A stretch of DNA of 63,864 bases, filler included, from Reclinomonas americana ATCC 50394 (GCA_048213135.1; 7 parts of 3 records of this genome joined end to end with filler, not necessarily neighbours in it), one strand, 5' to 3'; positions 27,077 through 40,824 are shown, counted from the whole stretch's first letter. The notes: generated from the letters alone by a model not told the origin. Numbers and translations: made by a program.

Positions 27077-27556
27077 ATGGAGGAGAACCTGGAAAAGCTG
27101 GCTTCCCGCGGTAAATCATCATTCGTGTTCAGAGTGTGTTTCACTCTCTCTCTCTCTCTCGCTCTTGCTCTCTCGTGCTCTCTTGTTGTCTCTGTTTGCC
27201 GCTGTTCTTTGCTGAGCTGCGTCGCTCGACAGACATCAAGGATCGACTGCATGCGGTGACTGAGTTGGAGGAGTCATTGCGGGAGGAGGCCAATCTCGAT
27301 GTTGCGTCACTCACTCTCGCCACACAGACGCTCTTCACATACATGTGCATGCATCACTGTTCGTGTGATGAGAGAGAAAGAGAGAGAGGGAAAAGAGGGC
27401 ACTGACAGGGGTGTTGCGTCATGTCGTGGTGGGACATAGCCTCTCTCTCGCGCGCTCTTGCCCACTCTCTCACGCGCGCACAGACGTCGCTGGTGGGTCC
27501 CATCACCGCCGCGCTCACCAATGTCCTGGGTGATAACAACTTCAAGGTCGCGCAAG
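27077..27556 (+). CDS. CLASP: CLASP (CLIP-associated protein) N-terminal TOG domain, 5' fragment
   Basis: Spliced MEENLEKLASR|DIKDRLHAVTELEESLREEANLD|TSLVGPITAALTNVLGDNNFKVAQ resembles the start of CLASP TOG1 (D.K.R...V..L...L...L.D.NF.V.Q); truncated by the linker at 27771. Confidence 0.8.
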
Positions 27557-27665
27557 GTGCGTCGCGTAACATCGAGAAAGAGTGATGATCCACGCCGCCT
27601 GACTGATGCGCTTGTGTGCCTTGGTGTCTCTCTCTCTCCTTCTCTCCTTCCCCTCTCTCTCTCCT

Positions 27666-27704
<39 letters not shown>

Positions 27705-28124
27705 TGTGTACATCACGAGGTGCTCTNNNNNNNNNNNNNNNNNNNNNNNNNNNNNNNNNNNNNNNNNNNNTTAATTAATTAANNNNNNNNNNNNNNNNNN
27801 NNNNNNNNNNNNNNNNNNNNNNNNNNAGCAGAAGGGTCTCTCTCTCTCTCACACACACACACCAACGGTCGCGACAATCACAATGTGCGCTCGCAAAACC
27901 CAACGCCACAAGTGTCGCCGGTGAAACCTGGTGCCCGAAACCAGGGCTCCACACAGCAACATGAATGCGGGGCGTCGACAGCGAGACACATCCGGTGCGT
28001 CTCCGAAGGCGGCGGAAAGACATCACAAAGAGAGGAGAGGGGAAAAATGGACAACGTACATGAATTCCGAGTGGCATAGGTCGCGAAACAATCATACAGA
28101 AGACCAAGGAGAAGAGGCTCGTCA

Positions 28125-30602
28125 TCACAACCGATCGGGTTGCTGGTTGGCCATGCAGCTCTTGCACACGTTCTCGAATAGTCTCTCGATCTCAGCCGCG
28201 CAGTGGATGAACGACTTGTGCCAGAAATCGTACCGCGGGTTCTTGACCAGCTCGATAAAGGTGATGAGCAGACCCCACGGATGTGGCCGGTTCACAATCA
28301 GTCGCTCCAGCAACACTCTGCACACACATTCGTCAATAGGGAGGGGAGGGGAGGGGGAGAGAGAAAGGGAGGGAGCACGCACCGCGTAATCTGCTCCTGA
28401 ATGTACTCGTCGATTCTCTCGGCGGATCCAAACAGGTACAGCAGCACGCAGCTAAAGTAGTGCGTGTGCGAGTTCGGGTAGCGCAGCTGGTTCGCGATTC
28501 CGTTCAAGAACAGATAGCGACCTGCAAGAAAGAATACAAAGCCAGTGAGTGAGCGAGCCAGCTGATAAACACACACACTCTTGTAGAGGAGCAACCTTCA
28601 GCGTCGAGCTTCTTGCACAGCGTCTCGAAAATGGCCATCGGCGCCGAGTCGACCAACGAGTGTCCCTCAACATTCAACAGCTTAATCGCCTCAATGCCGG
28701 TGTGGTACACCAGGGCATTGATGAGCGACGTATTGTACGAGTAGCTGCCTGGTGGACGAGCGACGCCATCGCTTAGTCTCAACTTGGCCGGCAGTGTCTC
28801 CAGGAAATCGGCCGGTGTCCGGTGCTCGAGGAACTCGTTCAGCGGCTGCAAGAGGCCAGCATTCAACAGCGTGTCCTGGTGCAGTGGCAAGACGCGCGGG
28901 TGCTGTCGAATCTCGGGAAGCAGGTCCACCTACACACGAAACTTTAGTTACCACCATCTCCGTCAACCGACAACACCCAGCCACTCGATCAGTACCTTCA
29001 AGTTGGGCATGAACGGGTCGGGCAGACGCATGTGGCGCGGGAACGACGACAGGATGAGATTGCGCATCTGGATGCAGGACGGCGGAATGACGTCGCACAG
29101 CGTGAAGTGGTACTCGCACAGGAACTCGGGGAAGTCATGCAGAAGCACCAAGAGTGTGCGCAGCGTGCCGCGATACAGATGGCGAATCGGCTCGTGCAAC
29201 GACGCGGAGCGCAGGAACGGGTGCAAGAACTGGAACAGGTCCACCAGCAGCTCATGGAACAACTCCCAACCCTGCAATTCGACAGGCGATGAGAACAAAG
29301 CAATCTCTCTCTCCCCTACACAGCACAGCATGGCGACGCAACATTGTTGGCCTTGTCGAACAGCAGCTTTGGCATCAGCGTACGATGCGAGATCAACTCC
29401 AGCCACGCAAAGCTGAAGCCAGGTACTCTTGACGGGCGCAGCAAGTGCAGGTACCGGCTGTGGATCACTGATAAGCACAGACAGCAAAGAAACAATCTCG
29501 ATGAAAAAAAGATACGCACCAGAGAATGGCCAGCGTCTTGGACACCACCGGCTCGAAATCCGTGGCCTCCGCCGACAGCGTGTCGAGCAAGATGTTCACG
29601 AAGAAGCGGTAGAAGAGGCGCTGGTTGAAGACCTCGCGCGGTGAATCGTGCAGTGTTGCCAGGGTCTTGCACACGGCGTTGAGGATGACGGCGAGAATGT
29701 CAACGGACTGCGCCTGCTTCACCGTGTTGCGTAGCAACCACGTGGCCAACTGGTTCACCGCATCGACGTAGCCGAACTGCGAGCCAGTTTGATCTCTGCA
29801 ATCACCACCACCGCACCGCGTAAGGGACAAAGAAAGAAGAGAGCTTGTGTAGAAAGGAGGCNNNNNNNNNNNNNNNNNNNNNNNNNNNNNNNNNNNNNNN
29901 NNNNNNNNNNNNNNNNNNNNNNNNNNNNNNNNNNNNNNNNNNNNNNNNNNNNNNNNNNNNNNNNNNNNNNNNNNNNNNNNNNNNNNNNNNNNNNNNNNNN
30001 NNNNNNNNNNNNNNNNNNNNNNNNNNNNNNNNNNNNNNNNNNNNNNNNNNNNNNNNNNNNNNNNNNNNNNNNNNNNNNNNNNNNNNNNNNNNNNNNNNNN
30101 NNNNNNNNNNNNNNNNNNNNNNNNNNNNNNNNNNNNNNNNNNNNNNNNNNNNNNNNNNNNNNNNNNNNNNNNNNNNNNNNNNNNNNNNNNNNNNNNNNNN
30201 NNNNNNNNNNNNNNNNNNNNNNNNNNNNNNNNNNNNNNNNNNNNNNNNNNNNNNNNNNNNNNNNNNNNNNNNNNNNNNNNNNNNNNNNNNNNNNNNNNNN
30301 NNNNNNNNNNNNNNNNNNNNNNNNNNNNNNNNNNNNNNNNNNNNNNNNNNNNNNNNNNNNNNNNNNNNNNNNNNNNNNNNNNNNNNNNNNNNNNNNNNNN
30401 NNNNNNNNNNNNNNNNNNNNNNNNNNNNNNNNNNNNNNNNNNNNNNNNNNNNNNNNNNNNNNNNNNNNNNNNNNNNNNNNNNNNNNNNNNNNNNNNNNNN
30501 NNNNNNNNNNNNNNNNNNNNNNNNNNNNNNNNNNNNNNNNNNNNNNNNNNNNNNNNNNNNNNNNNNNNNNNNNNNNNNNNNNNNNNNNNNNNNNNNNNNN
30601 NN

Positions 30603-30647
<45 letters not shown>

Positions 30648-33600
30648 AACGTTAGTTACCATCATCTCCGTCAACCGACAACACCCGTCCACTCGATGCA
30701 TACCTTCAAGTTGGGCATGAACGGGTCGGGCAGACGCATGTGGCGCGGGAACGACGACAGGATGAGATTGCGCATCTGGATGCAGGACGGCGGAATGACG
30801 TCGCACAGCGTGAAGTGGTACTCGCACAGGAACTCGGGGAAGTCGTGCAGAAGCACCAAGAGTGTGCGCAGCGTGCCGCGATACAGATGGCGAATCGGCT
30901 CGTGCAACGACGCGGAGCGCAGGAACGGGTGCAAGAACTGGAACAGGTCCACCAGCAGCTCATGGAACAACTCCCAACCCTGCAATTCGACAGGCGATGA
31001 GAACAAAGCAATCTCTCTCTCCCCTACACAGCACAGCATGGCGACGCAACATTGTTGGCCTTGTCGAACAGCAGCTTTGGCATCAGCGTACGATGCGAGA
31101 TCAACTCCAGCCACGCAAAGCTGAAGCCAGGTACTCTTGACGGGCGCAGCAAGTGCAGGTACCGGCTGTGGATCACTGATAAGCACAGAGAGCAAAGGAA
31201 AAATCTCGACGAAGAGATGCGCACCAGAGAATGGCCAGCGTCTTGGACACCACCGGCTCGAAATCCGTGGCCTCCGCAGACAGCGTGTCGAGCAAGATGT
31301 TCACGAAGAAGCGGTAGAAGAGGCGCTGGTTGAAGACCTCGCGCGGTGAATCGTGCAGTGTTGCCAGGGTCTTGCACACGGCGTTGAGGATGACGGCGAG
31401 AATGTCCACGGACTGCGCCTGCTTCACCGTGTTGCGCAGCAACCACGTGGCCAACTGGTTCACCGCATCGACGTAGCCGAACTGCGAGCCAGTTTGATCT
31501 CTGCAATCACCACCACCGCACCGCGTAAGGGACAAAGAAAGAAGAAGAGTTTGTGTAGAAAGGGACGCNNNNNNNNNNNNNNNNNNNNNNNNNNNNNNNN
31601 NNNNNNNNNNNNNNNNNNNNNNNNNNNNNNNNNNNNNNNNNNNNNNNNNNNNNNNNNNNNNNNNNNNNNNNNNNNNNNNNNNNNNNNNNNNNGGCACGCA
31701 ACGGCTCCGGCAGCACCACACCCGAGATGTAAAACTCGGCACCGACACGGAACAAGATCTCCAGCGCGCTGTCGTACTTGTTGAAGAACTCGCTCTGCAG
31801 TTTGCCGACAAACGCCTTGATTTCGTCGTCAAAGTCGGCATCGGCATCCGCCGGCCGGCCACCGGCCACGCGACGATGTGCGAGGAGCATGCTCTGCAGG
31901 CGGAACCACTCCTCCAGCAGCTGGCGCACCTTGATTTGCACATCGCGCGGCACGTCAGTCTCCAGCGCACGGGAGACCTCCTCCGGCGACAGCAGCGACG
32001 GCGCCAACGGGACAATGCCCTATTTGTACAGCACAGTGAGCAAACAAAACACATAGGTACATGAAAGGGGTTAAAAACGGTCACGCAACAGACTGGCGGG
32101 GACCCAGAGCGGCGGCGCCACCAGCGCCAACGGCACTCGCCGCCGAGGACGGCAGCGGTGGTGACGTGCTCTGCGGTGGCGGTGACACGGTACCGGGTGT
32201 AAGTGCCTCCACCAGCATGATGAGCGACTCGGGCACGCCGGGCATGCGTGCGAGCTGGGCCAGGGTCTTGACCGTCTTCACAAAGTCCATTGGTTGCAGC
32301 ATGCGCGACTCGGAGAGCACATACTGCTGCAGCACCAGCACGGCATACTCGAGCACCTTGGCATTGCGCTGGGTGATGCCTTGCGCCAGGAACGTGTCGA
32401 GATCGCTCACTTGCAGCAGCTTGGCACGAAGCAAGCCATTCAGCACCTCCAAATGTCTCAGGACGTTTCTGCGCAACACACGCACATAAAAAATCGGTCA
32501 GATTCGATTGGCAACGAAGGAAGCCTCACGAGCGCAGTCGACGAAACTTCCTCATCGGCAAAGAACCACTGCGGCAGCGCCGTGTGCAGCGAGTTGCACA
32601 CAGTGCCGACACCGTGCAGCACCGCCAAAAGCACCTCCAACAGGAACTGTTCTTGCGCCTCGTACAACTGCGCACAGGTAATGTCAGCTCACTGTGCGCT
32701 GACTGAAAAAAATTGTCTCGCCCTCGTACCACCCACCTTGCTGTACACAAACTTGGCAAACGGCAGACCGACGTCGTTCTTTGACGAGGTCTGCGACAGA
32801 ATGCGCGGAATCTTCTGCAGCACCGTGCCAACGTCCTTGCGAATGGTGGGACTCTGTGACGCATTGCGACCGAGAGTAACCAGCTCGCCAAACGCCGTCT
32901 TCAGCTGCTCCAACACCTCGCCCGGCGTCAGTTCCTGCGGAATGGCGCGGAACTGATCCGGCTGCGGCTGCTGCGGCTGCGCACCGCCCAGGCGTGACGC
33001 CATGTTGACGCCGCCGGACACCGCGTACTCGTTCGGTGAGCCGAGGGAGAAGGCCGACGGCATGCCGGGCGGGACATGCGGGTGCTGGCCCATCACTGGC
33101 GACGACGAACCCACTGCCACAGCAGTACGGTGTGAGGAAACGAACGGAAGCGGTGGGGTAAAGAGANNNNNNNNNNNNNNNNNNNNNNNNNNNNNNNNNN
33201 NNNNNNNNNNNNNNNNNNNNNNNNNNNNNNNNNNNNNNNNNNNNNNNNNNNNNNNNNNNNNNNNNNNNNNNNNNNNNNNNNNNNNNNNNNNNNNNNNNNN
33301 NNNNNNNNNNNNNNNNNNNNNNNNNNNNNNNNNNNNNNNNNNNNNNNNNNNNNNNNNNNNNNNNNNNNNNNNNNNNNNNNNNNNNNNNNNNNNNNNNNNN
33401 NNNNNNNNNNNNNNNNNNNNNNNNNNNNNNNNNNNNNNNNNNNNNNNNNNNNNNNNNNNNNNNNNNNNNNNNNNNNNNNNNNNNNNNNNNNNNNNNNNNN
33501 NNNNNNNNNNNNNNNNNNNNNNNNNNNNNNNNNNNNNNNNNNNGGAAATGCGTGCGCAACTCGGCGGTGGCGGAGAGAAACGCGCAGGTCCTTGCGGAGG

Positions 33601-36084
33601 CTGCTGGACACCGTACGGATGTCCGCCACCACCGGCACCGCCAGAGGCCACGGCAGCCGCAGCCACGGCGGCCGCCACGGCCACTGACGACAGCGCAAAG
33701 TCGCCATAGACACGCTCTTGCATCGGCAGCAGCGGTGGCGGTCGCGGGCGCATGAAAGCCGGCAGCGTACCGGGGATCTTGCGAGCCTGATTCTGGTCGT
33801 AGTACGCCTGATTCATCTGCACCAACAACAGTGAGCACACTGGTGAAGAAAGAAACAAAGAGGACACAACACAGGACTCACCTCGCGGTACTTGCGTCGC
33901 TCGGCCAACTGATCCTGCAGATGTTCATCGATCTTGGCCACGGCCTTGTCGAGCACAACCTTTTCGACCAGACCCGTGCACATGTCAATGTTGTCGTTGA
34001 CCAACACCGGCAGCGTCTGCTCAATCAGCATCATCTCCCGCTGCGACACACATATTTTCGTTCAGCAACAGGACACAATCGCCCGTCTCCACACAGCTAC
34101 AAAACCTCATTGACTTGGCTTGCGAGCACTTGCTTGAGGCTGCTGGTGAGCGTGGCGCGCAAGTGGTCCTTGGAGGTGACCAGCGACAGGCTGCCAGCCA
34201 GACCCTGCACCATGCGGTGCGCCGCATCACGGACGCGCTCCGGCGACGACTCCATCGAAAAGTCCTTCATCACCAACTCGCGAGTGGTAATGCAGGCAAT
34301 CGACACAGCACGATCCGCCACAACCGTAGTGGTCTCGCGAATGGCATTCTCAAACGCCATCGCCAGCAGCCGCTTCAGATCGGGATTACCAAAGAACGGC
34401 AGCGTCGGGCTCACACTGATCATGTTGTACAGCGTCATGGCGGAGATTGCCGAGGCACCACCCACTGCGCATTCTCACACGGTGTGAGGCGCCAGTGCAA
34501 TCAACACACATAATAATAATGATGAGCAAGCACGACAAACTCACCGCCTCCGCCACCACCGCCAATCATAGGCAAGCGCTGACCGCCCATGTCGGCCGAA
34601 ATCGGCGGCACGTCCGGCGAGTACGGGTCATCGCGAGTTGGCGACGACGGGCCGCCGAGGCCGTCGCCCGACGAAGCCGAGGTGTTGAAGTCGGGGCTGG
34701 CCAGCTTGTCGACTGAGCGACCAACCAGATAGCCACGAGTCTCCACCTCGCTAATGGTGAGATTCAGCGTCTTGCAGATGAGCTCGACTTCGAACTTGAG
34801 GTTGAGCTTGAGATCCGGCAACTGGTACATCTCCACCAGGATGGCCACAATGCTCATCGTCCACGGATTCGGCACCTTGAACACGCGATTACCGGCCGCC
34901 TGGTGCAGCAGCTTGGTGACAAACGGAATCACGGAGAGCAAGCGGCCACGCTCGAGCGCGTCGATAATGATCTGCTTGAGGTCCAACTTCTTGTGCAANN
35001 NNNNNNNNNNNNNNNNNNNNNNNNNNNNNNNNNNNNNNNNNNTTAATTAATTAANNNNNNNNNNNNNNNNNNNNNNNNNNNNNNNNNNNNNNNNNNNNAA
35101 TCATGCAGGCGTAGACCTCTTGCTCACTGCAAGCACATGAGAGTGTCAGAGCCATGATACAGAGAGAAAGGCTATGAAAAATGTCGTCAATTATAACAAA
35201 CCGAGCATCACGCGAGTTCTTGAACAACTTCAGCACCTCCACTACGTCCTGCACCGACTTTTGCTTCACGTACATCTGGTGGAACCACGAGTTTGCCTCG
35301 TCCTCCACGTCCTTGGAGAAGACTTGCATCTGCACGTTGCCGGTGGAGACGAGGGCCTGTGTTGCACAACAGGAGGCGCGTGAGGAAGAGGGATACGGTG
35401 ACAGAGAGATAGGGATTTGCGTGTTGCGTACCTGCAGTTGCGGGTGGCCGCGCACCGCCGAGCCATACACCTCGCGCAACGCCTCCTCACACGGCTGTCC
35501 CAGCAGCGTGCGCTTCGACAAGACGACGCGGAAAATGGTGGCTGCCGTCTCCAAATGCTCCGACACATTCGGACGCGACTCGCCCTCCGGGTATTGCACC
35601 AGCTTGTCTTGCAGGTACTCGATGCACGCGTACACGAACTCGTCCTTGTACTCGTCGACCTTGTTGCCGATCCACATCTCGAGGTTGAGGAACTCGCGCT
35701 GCGCAGCCAGCGCTCCCAGCTCGATGGTGAAGGTGAATGGTCGTGCCTCGAGAACAAGCATCAGATCCTGCAGTGTGAAAAGTAGGGAGTCAGCAACAAC
35801 AGATGATGATCTGCAATCAAGGCGCGAGTCCACTTCTGAACCTTGCGCTCTTCCACGACCTCCAGGATGCGCGGCAGGGTGGCCGGATCCTTCTTGAAGA
35901 GGCGACTCATGCCGAGGATGAGCAAATCGCGCTTCGACGACCACATGTACTCGAGCATGGTACTCGAGCTCGGGTGCGCCATGACGAAGAGTGGAATGAG
36001 AATGTCGAGCAACTCTTGGCGCAGGTACACGGTCACATGCTGCGACAGTTCGTCAGTATCACAGTCACAAACATCGCTCCACAA

Positions 36085-36115
<31 letters not shown>

Positions 36116-37010
36116 CACAAACCTCAGACTGCGACACCGTGCCAAGCAGCGTCTCCGGGCAGTTCTTGATGGGATTCTCAAAGAGTGGAACCACTTGCGC
36201 ATACAGCGGCGTCTCCGACAGTGACAGCAGCGTGTCGACAAGATCGAGCGACGACCACGTTTGGCTGAGCACGCCACCACGCAGTTCGAAGCCGGGAATG
36301 ATCACGCGACGCGCGCATTGTGCAAAGGACACAATGTCGGGAGGCGCCACCACCGCGGCCTTCAGCAGCGACAGTTGTCCGCGAATGTTGTTCCAACGAC
36401 CAAACAGCACGTCCACGGGGAACGGTGCCTGCACACACAGACAGAGACGTACGTGTCAACAACTCGACAAACACACACAAACCGAGTGCACACAGCAAAA
36501 CGCAACATCGGCCGCCTTGCGGTAGAACGAGGAGATGATGGCCAAGCCGCGGGTGTCGGGCAGGAAGAACTCGGGGAAGTCCAGCGACTTGAGCACCCGC
36601 TTCCAGTTCAGATGCGGGCACTGGCACACACAAGGAGAGGAGAAAGAATCAGTCACCAAAACAGTGGCGCCTCTCACCCTCCCTCCTATCTCTCTCTCCC
36701 ACACACCTTTTCAGTGAGCACCGCCGTGAACACGTCGACTCGCCAGCTCGACGACAGGTACTCGCTGGCACTGGCGGCGCGAACCGAGGCCGTCAGCGAC
36801 GCCAGACCACCCAGGATGCCAGTCTCGTCGATTCCACGCAGGGTGGCCGGAGCGATACTGTCATCGCGTAGGTACGCCGGAGCCGGTGAGGGATCCTCGC
36901 CAGCCGCCGCCGCCGCCGCCGCCATTTGCACCAGAGCCTGGTTGGTGGCCGCCATCATGCCGAGGATGCGGGCGGCCGAGGCCTCGGTGAGCTGCGGGAA
37001 GTGCGAGAGA
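28125..37010 (-). CDS. CNOT1: CCR4-NOT scaffold subunit NOT1 (multi-exon, gapped, 5' end missing)
   Basis: [168 protein letters not shown]. Confidence 0.97.
28931..31568. repeat. Near-identical ~930 bp direct duplication of CNOT1 exons (28931-29861 and 30640-31568) flanking a gap
   Basis: The same exons and introns occur twice, with a few SNPs and small intronic indels. Confidence 0.9.
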
Positions 37011-37969
37011 NNNNNNNNNNNNNNNNNNNNNNNNNNNNNNNNNNNNNNNNNNNNNNNNNNNNNNNNNNNNNNNNNNNNNNNNNNNNNNNNNNNNNNNNNN
37101 NNNNNNNNNNNNNNNNNNNNNNNNNNNNNNNNNNNNNNNNNNNNNNNNNNNNNNNNNNNNNNNNNNNNNNNNNNNNNNNNNNNNNNNNNNNNNNNNNNNN
37201 NNNNNNNNNNNNNNNNNNNNNNNNNNNNNNNNNNNNNNNNNNNNNNNNNNNNNNNNNNNNNNNNNNNNNNNNNNNNNNNNNNNNNNNNNNNNNNNNNNNN
37301 NNNNNNNNNNNNNNNNNNNNNNNNNNNNNNNNNNNNNNNNNNNNNNNNNNNNNNNNNNNNNNNNNNNNNNNNNNNNNNNNNNNNNNNNNNNNNNNNNNNN
37401 NNNNNNNNNNNNNNNNNNNNNNNNNNNNNNNNNNNNNNNNNNNNNNNNNNNNNNNNNNNNNNNNNNNNNNNNNNNNNNNNNNNNNNNNNNNNNNNNNNNN
37501 NNNNNNNNNNNNNNNNNNNNNNNNNNNNNNNNNNNNNNNNNNNNNNNNNNNNNNNNNNNNNNNNNNNNNNNNNNNNNNNNNNNNNNNNNNNNNNNNNNNN
37601 NNNNNNNNNNNNNNNNNNNNNNNNNNNNNNNNNNNNNNNNNNNNNNNNNNNNNNNNNNNNNNNNNNNNNNNNNNNNNNACTCGCTTATCAGCACGTCCTC
37701 TTGCTGAGTTGCAGCAGTTTCTCGAGGTGCCTTGCTTCTCTCACCGTGCTCTCTTGTGGGCACGAGCTTGTGCATTCATGTTCTTGAGCTGCATGTCCGC
37801 CCGTCATGCCACTGTCTCTGTTCTCTGTGCCATGTTCGATGCGCCAGCGCACGTTGATTGCGTTGCCCTGCACATCTTCCAGGCTGTCCTCTCTCACTCA
37901 GTCGGATGCCATGTCTCCGTCTTCACAATACCTTGTCCTTCATCCTTACCCTTCCCCCCTCGCTGTCAG

Positions 37970-38068
37970 ATCGCCTCGCGAGATGTTGTCAAGTTCCACA
38001 TGAAGCTCTCAGAGGTGGCACGAACGCGTTTCAACGCACTGAAGAAGCGCGAGAAGAAGAGGAAGTAG
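37970..38068 (+). CDS. SRP14: Signal recognition particle 14 kDa subunit, last exon
   Basis: After a polypyrimidine-CAG acceptor: IASRDVVKFHMKLSEVARTRFNALKKREKKRK*, which resembles the SRP14 C-terminus (VSSKEVNKFQMAYSNLLRANMDGLKKRDKK). Upstream exons were not found. Confidence 0.6.
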   Translation: MASRDVVKFHMKLSEVARTRFNALKKREKKRK

Positions 38069-38271
38069 ACGGACGAGTGTTGTGGCCACCATGGAAGTCG
38101 AGGTATTGCAAATGAAAAACTGAATCGACAGCGTGTGTTCGCGTTCTTGCCCCTTGTGACACCGTGTGTGTGGCCGAGGGGCATCAGGTGATCCACGTTG
38201 ATATTATCATCTTCCCACGCGGCGACTTCCACAAACGAGACGGGACAACTCACACACACATCCTCAGATAG

Positions 38272-39741
38272 ATGTCACGCAGCGTGTGCCTGCTCATCGG
38301 CCTGTTGCTGCTGGTCGCCGCCGTGGCCCACCTCACAGAGGCACGCGCCTTGCCACCGACGCAGTCATACAGGCTTCTGACAACCTACAGAGGAAGCGGC
38401 TTCTTCGCGGCCTCCAATTTCACGTTTGAGACCGAGAACGATCCCACCAACGGCTACGTGGACTATGTGGGTCGCGACGAGGCACTGTCACGTCACCTGG
38501 CCGATGTGGATGCCTCCGGGAATGCCATTCTGCGCGTCGACACCTCGCAGGTGAGTGCATTCACTCAATGCGTTTTCTTCCGATCGCCACCACTCACTGA
38601 TTGTGTGTTTGCGTGTGCAGATCCCCAGCAACACGGCGCGTGGTCGCAAGTCTGTGCGCATCACCTCCACCACCGCCTACAATCCCAACACGCTGTTTGT
38701 GCTCGATCTGGACCACATGCCCACCGGGTGTGCGACGTGGCCGGCGTTCTGGCTCGTCGGCGACGACTGGCCCAACAATGGCGAGATCGACATTATCGAG
38801 GGCGTCAACACGCAGTCGGTGGTGCAGACCACGTTGCACACCAACGACGGCTGCTCCATGGCCGGTCAAAGCTCGTCGCTGATGACGGGGCACTGGGCGC
38901 TCGGCACCAACAATCAGCCGGCCACCAACTGCTACGTGAACGCACCGAATCAGTTCGGCAACCAAGGGTGCGTGACTCGAGCTGCATCTCTTGCCACGTA
39001 GCAGGCGCGAGCTGACGCTGTGTTGTTCCCATCGAGGTACAGTTGCGGCATTGTTGGTGGCGATCAATCGGTGCGTCGCCACTCCTGCTTCTTCTCCTCT
39101 TCTGTTTCGCCTTGTTGTTGTTGTTGCTGTCCTTCTTCTTCTTCTTCTTCTTCTTCTTCTTCTTCTTCTCCTCCTCCTCCNNNNNNNNNNNNNNNNNNNN
39201 ACCACCACCACCACCACCACCTCCTCCTCCTCCTCCTCCTCCTTTTCTCTTTCTTCTTCTTGCTTGCATTGTGTGACCATTCTCGCAGATGGGCTCTCCA
39301 TTCAACAACCTCGGTGGTGGTGTGTATGCCACCGCCTTTGAGACATCGTCCATCCGTGTGTGGTTCTGGCCGCGTGGACAAGTGCCCAGCAACGTGCAGT
39401 CGGCCTCGCCCGACCCGAACACCTGGGGCGCCCCGTACGCCTACTTTACACTTGGTCCGCAGTGCCCCACAAAGCACTTTAACAACCTGCGCGTGGTCAT
39501 CAAGTTGCGCACACTTTTCTCTCGCCACCACCGCGTGCTTCCTGTGCACACTCCCCTCATACTTTTGTCCCCCGCGCTCAGCACCACTCTGTGCGGCGAT
39601 TGGGCCGGCGCGGTGTGGGCCGCCAGCGGCTGCGCGCAAAAATTCATGGAGCAGTCGTGCAGCGACACCACCCGCTTCCACCCGGAGATCTTCACCGAGG
39701 CCTACTGGTCCCTGCGATCGCTGGCGGTGTACACGGCTTGA
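38272..39741 (+). CDS. Secreted GH16 endo-1,3(4)-beta-glucanase (fungal Lam16A-like)
   Basis: Signal peptide MSRSVCLLIGLLLLVAAVAHLTEARA; DPTNGYVDYV; GRKSVRITS; HMPTGCATWPAFW; catalytic WPNNGEIDIIEGVN; FNNLGGGVYA; N|TTLCGDWAG; FTEAYW. Confidence 0.93.
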
Positions 39742-39821
39742 GAGGTCACCCTTGTGCATGAACGACGGCAACGACGACGGAAGCTGTCCGTCCTGCTGTT
39801 TTCCATTTTTCCTTGTTGTTT

Positions 39822-40824
39822 ATGAGCGACGACGCAGACAGTGGCACCCTCCGACGATCGCAGCGCAAACGCACTCGCCCAAGATCTCCATCGCCACCCG
39901 CACCATCCTCCTCTGCACAAGAGAAGACGATCGACACTGCAGACGAGCCACCACTCAAACGCGCCCACACATCACCCGCCGCCATGCATCCACTCATCGG
40001 AGCACTCCGACTCTCCTTTGCCGCACGCGCCGACCCTGTGCGAGCCGCCGCCCAATCCGCGTGTTTCGTGTCTCTCTCTGTGTGTGCACGTGCACGCAGC
40101 GTGTGATTGACACACTGTGATTGCAGACATGCGCAACAAGTTTGAGTTCTTCGGCCTCTGCGCTCCCGATCGTCGCGAGTGCCAGCGGGAGCCCTTTGCA
40201 CAGCATCCACCCGCCACACTGCCAGTGTACGTGCAAGGTTGGTGTTTCCTCTCGCGCGCGCTCTCTCTCCCCTTCTCCCTCCTCTCACACAAACTAGTCA
40301 TGCGCGAGATGTGGGCGCAACCCGAACGCGACTTCCAGCAGGCCGCTCTCGACTACGGTGCCAAGTTCCAGCCGCGTCTGTGCCACTCACTGGACGACGC
40401 CACGCACCTGCTGTCGGTGTACCGTGATCTGGCGGTCGACAAGTCGTGGTGGGATACCGTGGACATGCTGGCGTCGAAGCTCATTGGTGGTGTGGTGCGC
40501 GCTCATCGCGACACCCTGCTGCCGGTCATCGACAGCAGCTGGATTGAGCCGCCCGACGGCAATCTGTGGATCCGACGCTGTGCGCTGCTGTGCCAGCTCA
40601 GCTGGAAACGCGAGATGGACTTGGAACGCGTGTGGCGCTACTGCAGGATCGCGTGCGCTGTGCCGAAACACGAACACGAGTTCTTCACGCACAAGGCGGT
40701 CGGCTGGTTGCTGCGGGAGACCGCCAAGACATTCCCCCAGCAAGTTCGCGAGTTTGTCAGAGAGGAGCGCGACCAGATGCCGGCATTGTCGTTCCGTGAG
40801 GCCACCAAGCACATAAAAGCTTGA
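39822..40824 (+). CDS. AlkD-family (HEAT-like repeat) DNA alkylation repair glycosylase, 2 introns
   Basis: Spliced AQSA|YMRNKFEFFG, MWAQPERDFQQAA, KSWWDTVD, NLWIRRCALL.QL, EFFTHKAVGWLLRE.AK, LSFREATKH; basic N-terminal extension. Confidence 0.9.
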
